Shown one piece after another: positions 33,575-43,759 of a stretch of 64,000 nt of DNA. Source of the stretch: Diplonema japonicum (Eukaryota; Protista; Euglenozoa: Diplonemea); assembly GCA_964019335.1 (NCBI GenBank), contig OZ025723.1, forward strand, positions 186,001 to 250,000. The letters are read 5' to 3'. The notes under the pieces are model-generated. The model saw only the letters and a list, made by a program, of their open reading frames with translations, was not told where the DNA came from and ran no database searches. Numbering within the stretch: the first letter of the stretch is position 1; the number at the start of each line of letters is the position of its first letter. Made by a program: the position numbers and the translations under genes.

Positions 33575-33852
33575 GGAGTACGTTCGTGAAGGGAAAAAAA
33601 AAAAAAAGAAGAAAAAAAAAAAAGAAAAAAAAACAGAGCGTGTATAGTTTTGTCATGTCCGTTTATTTATTTTATTTATTTTTTTTTTTTTTTAGAAAAC
33701 GTCGGAAAAATTCTTTGGTGACGACGCAAAAAAAAAAAAAAAAAGAAGGAAATAATTTAAAAAAAAAAAAAAAAAAGAAACAGAAGAAAGGTGGGAGATG
33801 AATGGGGGGAGGGAGAAAAGAGTCGAGTTATATTTTTCAAGTAGAGGTTGTT

Positions 33853-33892
<40 letters not shown>

Positions 33893-34295
33893 CCTTTTAT
33901 TCTGACCGCATCGACACAGATTGACATGTAGTCGTTTGTGTCAATGTGTGCCTGTTCTTTACTTGTGCTGTTTTACTCGCATAAATCCATTTGGGGTTAA
34001 CTTTTTTTCTTCCCCTTGCCACCTTTTTCTTTATTATTTTCTTTTTTTTTTTTTTTTCGGGAGTCTCTTCGATCCCTAATTTCCCTTTAAAAATTCGTCC
34101 ATATCCATTGTTTTTATTTTTTTTTGTTTTTGTTTTTCCTTTCAATTTTTTTTTCTTTCCCCCCATTTTTCATAATCTTTCCCTGCCCGGCCCACCCCCA
34201 AAACTTTTTTTTTTTCATTCATACAATACAAATCAAATTATTCAAAACAGGAAAAAGAAAAAAAGAAAAAAAAAAAAGAGGGGAAGGGGGGAACC

Positions 34296-36242
34296 ATGAG
34301 CGGGGATCAAACCGAAATCGTCATGGAAGAGGAGAAAAAACCAGCTGAGAACAGCAACATGGTCACCGTGGACCGAAGCAGGAGCGGCGGGGTGTACATC
34401 CCCCCGTTCAAACTGAAGCAAATGCAGCAAGCAATGGACAAGAACAGCAAAGAATACCAGCGGCTGATGTGGGATGCGTTAAAAAAGAGCTTAAACGGGA
34501 TCGTGAACAAGGTGAGCAGCACCAACATCCGTAACATAATCCCCGAAGTGTTTCAAGAAAACCTCCTGTGGGGTAAAGGCCTCTTCTGCAGATCCATCAT
34601 GAGAGCACAAGCCGCATCACCCGCTCACACAAACGTCTTCTGCGCCTTAATAGCTGTCGTTAACACAAAAATCCCGGAAATCGGAGATTTGCTCATGAAA
34701 CGAGTTCTCTTCAACTTCAAAAAATCGTTCAAAAAGCGTGACAAGGTAACCCTGCTCACATACGCGAAATTCATTGCGCATCTGATCAATCAAAAAGTTG
34801 CGCATGAAATTCTCGGGTTAAAACTGCTTCTTAGAATGCTCACAGAACCCACTCACGATTCGGTTGAAGTCGCCGTTTGCTTCTTCAAAGAAGTCGGGAA
34901 AACGCTTGAAACCGTCGCTCCGCAAGGCTTCCTCATCATTCAGGAGCAGTTCAGAACTATTCTTCAAGAAGGGCAGCTCGACAAGCGGACGCAGTACATC
35001 ATCGAAGGTCTCTTTGCGGTCATCAAAAAGAAATTCTCCGACTTCCCAGACGTTATTGAAGAACTCGATCTTGTTGAGGAAGAAGATCAAATGACCCACG
35101 AGCTTGACCTTGATGAGGACTACGACATCAAGAGAAACCTGGAATACTTCAAATTCAACCCAAACTTCTCAGACGATATGGATGTGTATAAGGAACTGCG
35201 AACAGAAATCCTTGGAGAGGACGACGACGAAGACCAGGAGGACGAAGAAGAAGAAGGCTGGGAGGACAACAAGGACGCCAACCAACAAGAACAAGTCCGC
35301 GACATGACCGGCGAAGAAGTCACCGCTCTGAGACGACAAATCTACCTGACGTTACAGTCTTCGAAGGACCACGACGAAGCTGCACACAAACTTTGCTCCG
35401 GACCTTGCAAGGACTATTCGGTAAGTTTAAAAAAAAAAAAAAAAAAACCCACACAAAACAGAACGCTGAGCATCTTGCAGCAATGTTGGTAGAAGCATGT
35501 GCTATGAGCAAGACGTACATTCGATACCACGGTCTCATCGCTGAACGCTTTTGTCTCCTCAACAGGGACTACCAGGCGGCCTTCGAGGAGGAGTTTTCCC
35601 TGCAGTACTCCTTGTCCTACAACCTCGAGACGACAAAGCTGCGGAACATCACACGCTTGTTCGCGCACATTCTCCAATGCGATGCCCTTCCGTGGGAGGT
35701 GCTGAAGTGTATTCGGCTAAACGAACAGGACACCACTTCCGGCTCCCGTATCTTCATCAAAATCCTCTTTTTAGAGCTTGCCGAACTGATAGGATTGGCA
35801 AAGGTTTGAGTTTATTGAAAAAAAAATTTAAAAAAAAAAAAAAATTAAAAAAAAAAAAAACAGCTTTGCGTGCGCCTCAACGAACCAGTTCTCCAGCCAT
35901 ATGTCGCTGGGTTGCTCCCAAGGGACAATGCGAAAAATACCCGTTTCGCGATCAATTACTTCACGTCATTTGGGCTTGGTATGTGGGAACGAAAAATGAA
36001 TGAGGGGAAAAAAAAAAAAAAAAAAAAAAAAAGGTGGGTTAACCGATGAGCTCCGTGAGCACCTTGAGCAAGCACCCAAGCAGCCTTTCGTCCTCCCGGA
36101 AGACGACTCCAGCGACGACGAAACCTCCTCTTCCAGCTCCTCCTCCAGCGACAGCGATAGCGACAGTTCCTCTTCCTCCTCATCCTCTTCCTCATCCTCT
36201 TCCTCGACAGCCCCCAAAAAGAAGAAGCGAAGGAAAGACTAA
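34296..36242 (+). CDS. CWC22: Pre-mRNA splicing factor CWC22 (4 exons)
   Basis: GGVYIPPFKL, YQRLMWDALKKSLNG, LRRQIYLTLQSS and RFAINYFTSFGLGGLTDELREHL. Introns 35421-35461, 35804-35863 and 35979-36033. Confidence 0.95.
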
Positions 36243-36438
36243 AAAAAAAAAGGGTTGGAAAAAAAAAAAAAAAAAGTGTCGCGGGTAACCCTCTTTTTTT
36301 TTTTGAGTGTTCCTCCATATCCCCCCTTCTTTTAATCTGAAAGGAGAGTAAAGGGGGAAAAGTTATAACTAATCATTTTTGTTCCCCCCCCCCACCTTTT
36401 CTTCATATTTTTTTAAAAAAAAAACAACAAAAGGGGAC

Positions 36439-37212
36439 ATGAAGATAAAACGACGCAGGTCGTCGGTGGTTCCGGATCTACCATGTGAGGCGACAGTGGA
36501 AACGCTGTGTTCTGTGAAGAATCCTAAGAGGGATGCTGTACTGAAGGCGATCGATGCAGTGAGCGACGAGGTGGCGGCCGACTGCTTGGAATTCCTGTAC
36601 AAATGGCAAGCAACAAGAGAAACATGCGACGATACCACAGCCGCAAACCAGGACCTAAGGGTACGCCGCAGGCTAAAATCGAGGACCCTCCCGTACATCC
36701 CCGGTGATGACGTTGTAATTGTCAGGACGTGGTGCGCGAGGCTGCAGATGATGGTCGAGATACCTTGCTGGAACATCAAGCTCCGTTCTTGGCGGGCTGA
36801 CCCAACAACGAATTTTCGCTCTGCCGTGGTTGAGCTCGTTCTGTACCGCTCTTATCAAGATCGTGCCGTCCTATCCCCTTTTGAAGTTCTTGAGTTTCTT
36901 TTTCGATCATCCATGGAAACAGCGGTAGAGACTATGCTTATTAAAGGCACCGTGGTGTCGATGGATACCCTGCACGCTCCGCTGCACACTCCTGCCTGGG
37001 CTGATTCCATCGTCTCCAAATCCCATCCCGGGTTCCGGCAGGTTCTTCCTTGGAATTCCTTTTTCTCCGATCACACAGATGTGTTGCTTGGAGCATCTGA
37101 CGACACTCCCTCTACTCCTGTAACCTTTTTGCCTACCCGGGCGTCGTCAGCCCTTTCCTTCTCGCTTTTCGATACTCCAAGATCAACATCACCGTTTCCT
37201 GGCTCGCATTGA
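36439..37212 (+). CDS. Hypothetical protein (~257 aa)
   Basis: ORF with coding-like composition between homopolymer spacers. No motif recognised. Confidence 0.55.
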   Translation: MKIKRRRSSVVPDLPCEATVETLCSVKNPKRDAVLKAIDAVSDEVAADCLEFLYKWQATRETCDDTTAANQDLRVRRRLKSRTLPYIPGDDVVIVRTWCARLQMMVEIPCWNIKLRSWRADPTTNFRSAVVELVLYRSYQDRAVLSPFEVLEFLFRSSMETAVETMLIKGTVVSMDTLHAPLHTPAWADSIVSKSHPGFRQVLPWNSFFSDHTDVLLGASDDTPSTPVTFLPTRASSALSFSLFDTPRSTSPFPGSH

Positions 37213-37418
37213 GGGCTTCGGCTCAGCCGACCGTGTCGCCGTTGCCAAGTCTTGTGGACAAGCCTGTAGACCATCAAGCTTGATCCTTCGTAGACACAGG
37301 GAAAAAACTTTTACAAGTTTTTTTTTTTTTTTGTTTGTCTTTTTGTATTTTTTTTTCTTTTTTTTTTTGTTCTTCTTCCCCTCTTCCGGGCAGCCCTTTC
37401 GAGGGGGGAGAGAAAAAA

Positions 37419-37784
37419 ATGTGTTTCACTGGGGACGGGCAGTACCCGGGTGACGGCGGAGAGGCCCTCCAGGTTCTGTGGGATTCGTGTGAATGGAAAG
37501 AGATAAAAGGTTGCCCCGGTAGATACGTAATTAAGAAGAGAGCTTGCAGCGACATGCCGCACAGCGAGATACTTCGAAAGGCCGTGGGCGACGGGGAAAC
37601 CAGCCTCGCCACGACCGAACAAAGAAGCAAGAACTGCAAGGACGCGATCCAATTCACAAAATTCGACGACGGGGGAGGGGTCATAACGTATCTGAAAGAG
37701 GACGGCTCGTCGGTCCACACGCTCAACACGCAAACCGGACTGGTAAGGAAAATGACGGCTTTGGGGCTGGCTGACCTTTTATAA
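37419..37784 (+). CDS. Small hypothetical protein (121 aa)
   Basis: ATG after an A-run; globular-looking sequence (WKEIKGCPGRY..FDDGGGVITY..VHTLN). Function unknown. Confidence 0.65.
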   Translation: MCFTGDGQYPGDGGEALQVLWDSCEWKEIKGCPGRYVIKKRACSDMPHSEILRKAVGDGETSLATTEQRSKNCKDAIQFTKFDDGGGVITYLKEDGSSVHTLNTQTGLVRKMTALGLADLL

Positions 37785-37888
37785 AAAAAAAAAAAAAGCA
37801 CCCCACTTACAACTAAAAAAACAATCAAACAGGAGGGGACAGGGGGGAAAGAGGGAGGAGGAGGAGGAAAAGAGGAAAAAAAAAAAAA

Positions 37889-40800
37889 ATGCCACCGGTC
37901 GACCTTTCGGAACTCAGAGGCGCCGCCAAGGTAACTGTCCCTGTCACCGAGATCCCTCGCAGCATCTCTGAGATCCAATTCGACACCTTCTCACCACAAG
38001 AGATACGGAAGCTAAGCAGTGTTCACGTCTTCAACAAAGATGATTACACACCGGGAAAGTCCGTCCCCTTTGGGGTTTTGGACGGAAGGATGGGCGTGTG
38101 CGACCGATCATCTACATGTAAAACATGCGGTCTGAAGCTCGACGGCTGCACAGGCCACTTTGGCCACATGGAGCTGGCTATGCCAGTGTTTCATAACGGG
38201 TTTTTCAAGATCGTTTTGAACATCTTAAGGTGTATCTGCAAATCGTGTTCGAAGGTTATGATTGTAGGCGAGCTTCGGCAGAAACAGATCGTGAGGATGC
38301 GGAACAGAAGGGTGTCGTCGGCGAGGAGGCAGAAGATCCAGTCGAACCTCGTAGCAATGTGCCAGAAGATAGTAGAGTGCCCGCATTGCGGTTATGTCAA
38401 CGGGAAGGTGAAAAAAGAGAAGGGTTACAAGATCCCACGGCTTATTCATGAACGGTACGGCGACCCGAAGAATCCAAGGGCGATTCACGTTGATGAATTC
38501 AACAAGCTCGAGGCTGACATGGACGAGGCATTACGCGCGAACGGTGGGCAGTTAAAACCATACATGAACAAGCTGCATGACCCGCTGACAGCAGACGTGT
38601 GCAGAGATCTCTTCGATGCCATTCCACCCGAAGACCGTGAGATCCTCGACATGAACCGACACGTCCCTGCCAGCAATCTCATCGCCTCCACCATGATCGT
38701 TCCCCCGATACCTATCAGGCCTTATGTCGACGGGTCCGCAACAGGCGGTGCTGCAGGAACTTACAAAGACGATGATTTAACATCAAACGTGTTCAGTGCA
38801 CTGTACTCGTCTGAAATGCTTTTCGATCAAATTGTGAAAGGCGAACAGCCAGGACGGATCTGGGATGCTTGGGAAACACTTCAGTGTGACTATGCTGGTC
38901 TTCTCGACGCTGATACCCCAGGGTACCCCCCGACTGGGACACGGACAAGACGTGGGTTAGTACAAAGGTTGAAGGGTAAGGAAGGGCGTTTCAGAAAGCA
39001 TCTTTCCGGTAAACGTGTGGACTTTTCAGGGAGAACGGTAATCAGCCCGGACCCGAACTTGAAGATCACGGAGCTCGCGGTCCCGATTAAGGTTGCGTTG
39101 ATCATGACGTACCCGGAGAGGGTCCACGAGAACAACAGAACACGTTTGTTTGAAGCTGTCGTCAACGGATCGGAAACGCATCCCGGCGCTGTTTACGTTA
39201 AGAAGAAGAACGGGCAGAAAAGAGGTCTTGCTGTTCTGTCTGAACGGGATCGCCGCTTGCTTGCTGAGAACCTTGAGCCCGGCGACATAGTCGACCGGCA
39301 CATGATCAACGGCGACTGCGTCATCTTCAACCGACAACCGTCGCTTCACAGAATCTCGATGATGTGCCATCGAGCACGGATCCTTCCGTACAGAACATTC
39401 CGGTTCAACGAGTGCTGCTGCGCGCCGTACAACGCGGATTTTGACGGTGATGAAATGAACATTCATTTGCCTCAAACGGAGGAGGCCCGTGCAGAATGCG
39501 CGATTCTGATGTCGACAGCGCGGAACATGATCTCAGCAAGGCACGGGGAGCCTATGATCGCTGCCACGCAGGACTTCCTTACTGGTGGGTACCTCCTCAC
39601 GCGGAAGAACCTTTTTTTCACAAGGACGGAGATCTCCCAAGCGTGCTCGATGATGTTCGAGCCGGGCGTCATATTCGAACTCCCGCCACCCGCCATCATG
39701 AAGCCCCGCGAGCTGTGGACCGGGAAGCAGATCATGTCGTTGCTGGTCAGACCGAACAACCGCACGCCTGTTCACCTCAACTTCGAGGCAAAATCGAAAT
39801 TTTACACGTCCGACACTCACATGTGTCCTAAAGACGGATGGATTCACTTTGTTGACTCAACATTAGTGTCCGGGTGCATGGACAAAAAGATCATGGGTGG
39901 TGGTGGTAAGGATGGGTTGTTCTACCAGCTGTTCCTCTCAACGGGCCATGCCTACGCAGCACGATGCATGTGGAGGCTTGCAAGATTGACCTGCCGCTGG
40001 CTTATGCACCACGGCTTCTCCATCGGGATTGAGGACGTGACCCCCAATAAAACGCTATGGGACAAGACGCAGGCTGTCATCAAGAAGGGTTACGAAGACG
40101 CCGCCGTACTCATCAAAGCGTTCAACGAAGGGAACCTCGTCGCAGACCCCGGGTGCACGGCAGAGATCACAGTGGAAAACAGACTGAACGGTGTCTTATC
40201 AACTGTCAGATCCGATTGTGGTAACGCGGCCATGGGCGTCCTGCACTGGGCGAACTCGCCTTATATCATGTCGATGTGTGGATCGAAGGGGTCTCCATTG
40301 AACATTGGGCAGATGGCGTGCGTGCTGGGCCAGCAGACCGTGACGGGGAAACGTATCGGGAACGGGTTTATCCACAGATCGCTGCCGCATTTCAAGAGGT
40401 TTTCGAGGGAGCCGTTGCACAGGGGCTTCGTTGCGAACTCGTTCTTCACGGGGCTTCAGCCTTACGAGTTCTGGTTCCACACCATGGGTGGTCGTGAAGG
40501 TCTTGTCGACACCGCTGTCAAAACAGCCGAAACCGGGTACATGCAGAGAAGGTTGGTGAAATCCATGGAGGACCTGTGCGTCCAGTATGACAACACTGTG
40601 ATGGACAGTCAAGGGATCCTCGTGCAGCTGACGTTCGGCGACGATGGGATCGATCCTTTGTACACGGAGACCGCTGATTTCCGTCCGGTCAACTTCGACA
40701 TTTTATGGAACAACCTTTCAATGTCCAGGGCCGCCGCTAGCCGGAAGGAGATCCCCCTCAAACCCGATGAGGTCCTGCCGTACCTCGACGTACTGTTGCT

Positions 40801-42311
40801 GCAGCCTTCTTCGAAGGAGTTCAGCGGGAAGTTTGTAAAGGAGATTAAGGAATTTTGGAGGGCGAAGTCCGCGAGCCTGACGAAGATAAACGAGACGTTA
40901 CAGCTCGCCGTGCAGGCGGTTCGAGAGGGACCGGAGAGCGAGGGAGAGGTCGACTGGAAAAACCCATTGTCGGTCATGAAACACCGCGCGAAGCAACGGG
41001 AGTACACCGAACTGATCGGGGCCAGCAGAATCCAAGCACTTGCCAACGACATGTTGCTTGTCACAAAAGGCCTGATGTCGGAAATGTACGAAGAGTGCGT
41101 CTTCAAACACTTGAAATACCGATGCGAACCGGGCACGGCATGCGGCGCCATCGGCGCGCAAAGTATCGGAGAACCCGGAACGCAGATGACGCTGAAAACG
41201 TTCCATTTTGCAGGTGTGGCGTCGATGTCCATCACACAGGGTGTTCCCAGAATCAAAGAGATCATCAACGCAGCGAAAACCATCAAAACCCCTTTGATCA
41301 CCGGGTATCTCACTACTGACACGTCGCGTATCTCCGCAGAAGTTGTCAAGGCGAGGGTGCAGCGTACGACACTAGAAGACGTCTGTCTAAACTTCGACGA
41401 GGTGTACACACCGATCGACTGCTACATCGTTGTACGGCTCGACCTCGAAACTATCTTCAACAAACAGCTCGATATCAACGCTTTAAGCATCCGCGGTGCC
41501 ATTCTAAGCTACGCCGCATCGACGACCAGACGGCGTCTCCACGCGTTACATTTGAAAGACAAACACATCCCTGTCGATCAGGTCTCGCAGAACGCCATTC
41601 ATATCTACCCGTACGAAACGTCACGCGAGAAGCTTCAGTTCAATATTAAACATATTTTGACACATCTTCCTGGTGTTGTCGTCGCGGGTATCGCGACGGT
41701 GAAGCGTGCGATTATATCTTCGAATCACAGAGTGGTCGAGGAAGAAGTGGTGTCATTGACAGGGGAGACGCGTGTTGTTAAGAACAAGGAAGAGTACTTC
41801 ACACTTCTCATTGAAGGATCCGACCTCCTTCAGGTCTGTTCTGTCCCTGGTATGGACTCCACACGAACTGTGTGCAACCACGTCTACACCATCGAGAAAG
41901 TTCTCGGGATCGAAGCTGCTAGGCTTACCATCATTAAAGAAATCCGTGGTGTGATGGGGAACTACGGGCTTGCCATTGATATTCGTCACGTTATGCAGCT
42001 AGCCGACGTTATGACATTCCGGGGGGAGGTGCTCGGCATCACTCGATTCGGGATGCAGAAAATGCGTGACAGTGTGATGATGCTTGCCTCTTTCGAGAAG
42101 ACCACTGATATTTTGTTCGATGCTGCTGCTCACAACCGAAAGTATGAAGAATTTAAAAAAAAAAAAAATCCTTTAGGGACGATAAGCTTGGCGTCTCGGA
42201 GAAGATCATCATGGGTGCGCCCATAAAGATTGGGACCGGGCTTTTCAAACTGCTTCAGAAGACAGAGAAGGTCAGGCACGCTTCTAAATGCCAGCCCATG
42301 TTCAAGTATGT

Positions 42312-42359
<48 letters not shown>

Positions 42360-42384
42360 CCCTAGTGATGACTTTTCTAGATGA
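37889..42384 (+). CDS. RPC1: RNA polymerase III largest subunit (3 exons)
   Basis: YNADFDGDEMN active site. Pol III-type SITQGVPRIKEIINA, GEVLGITRFG and SVMMLASFEKTTD; no CTD. Intron 42142-42176 restores GVSEKIIMG..IGTGLFKLL. Second intron 42306-42365 (alternative acceptor 42380) leads to TGA 42382-42384. Confidence 0.95.
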
Positions 42385-43250
42385 CCTAACGAAGACCGCC
42401 ATGTTTATTTTAAATCGGGTTGGGCTTCCCCAGGTGAGGTTTTCCAAGTTGACAACTAGCAAGCGATGACGTAACGAAGACCGCCATGTTTACTTAAATC
42501 GGGTAGGGCTTCCCCAGTCATCGAAGAGGTGATATCTTTTTTGGTGTAGAATGAGCATGATGACCTAACGAAGACCGCCATGTCACCATATCGGGTTGGG
42601 CTTCCCCAGTCATCGGAGAGGTGAGGTTTCTTAGGTGGCAACAAACAGCGATGACCTAACGAAGACCGCCATGTTTATTTTAAATCGGGTTGGGCTTCCC
42701 CAGTCATCGAAGAGGTGATATTTCCAAGTTGATAACAAGCAAGGATGACCTAACGAAGACCGCCATGTCACCATATCAGGTAGGGCTTCCCCAGCCATCG
42801 GAGAGGTGATGAGTTTTTTACATTTAGCACGAGCGATGACCTAACGAAGACCGCCATGTTTCCATATCGGGTAGGGCTTCCCCAGTCATCGAAGAGGTGA
42901 GGTTTTCCAAGTTGACAACTATCAAGCGATGACCTAACGAAGACCGCCATGTCACCATATCGGGTAGGGCTTCCCCAGTCATCGGAGAGGTGAGGTTTCT
43001 TAGGTGGCAACAAACAGCGATGACCTAACGAAGACCGTCATGTTTCTTTAAATCGGGTTGGGCTTCCCCAGTCATCGGAGAGGTGATATCTTTTTTGGTG
43101 TAGAATGAGCACGATGACCTAACGAAGACCGCCATGTTTCCATATCGGGTAGGGCTTCCCCAGTCATCGGAGAAGTGAGGTTTTCCAAGTTGATAGCTAG
43201 CAAGCGATGTTTATTTAAATCGGGTAGGGCTTCCCCAGTCGTCGAAGATG
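42380..43250 (+). repeat. Tandem array 2 of the same ~90-nt structured unit (10 units; first and last carry internal deletions)
   Basis: Same constant blocks and largely the same loop/linker variants as 26405-27089. Units start at about 42380, 42465, 42559, 42650, 42744, 42835, 42928, 43019, 43113 and 43206. Confidence 0.95.
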
Positions 43251-43759
43251 TCGCTTAGCAAAACAAATAAAACCACTTCTGAGGCATATAATAAATAAAG
43301 GGAAGGTTTTTTTTTTTCACAACATAACGCAACCAACACAGGGCACCGAAGTTCGATACTGGCGTACGGTCTGTGGTGTAGTGTTCCGCTCTTGCTATTT
43401 TTCTTTTTTTGAGGCGGCGCCCCCCTTTTTTTTTTGTTTCAGAAAAGAAAAAAAAAGAAAAAAGAAAAAAAAAAACCCGGGCGGCAAAAGAAAAAAGAAA
43501 AAGCCCCCCTTTTCGTGTGCGGCTGCTGCGCCTTTTTTTTTTTTTTTTTTTTTTTTTTGACCCTCTATTCGGTTCTTCTTCTTCTTCTTTTTTTTTTTTT
43601 TTAAGTGTCGTTTTCTCTATCAGAAAAAAAAAAAAAAAAAAGAAAAACACGGGGTTTGTTTAATTGGTAAAAAGAAATCACCTAATATTTTCCTTTTTTT
43701 TTTATTTGCTCGCACGGAAAAAAAAAAAAAAAAAAAAAAAAAAGGGAAGGGAGGGAGAT

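Noticed and set aside
37889-42384. RPB1 (Pol II) assignment
   Set aside because: No C-terminal extension, and diagnostic motifs (SITQGVPRIKEIINA, GEVLGITRFG, MLASFEKTTD) are Pol III type.
26405-43250. CRISPR array interpretation of the two repeat arrays
   Set aside because: Variable segments recur and are mutually related rather than unique spacers, no cas genes are present, and the context is intron-containing eukaryotic DNA.
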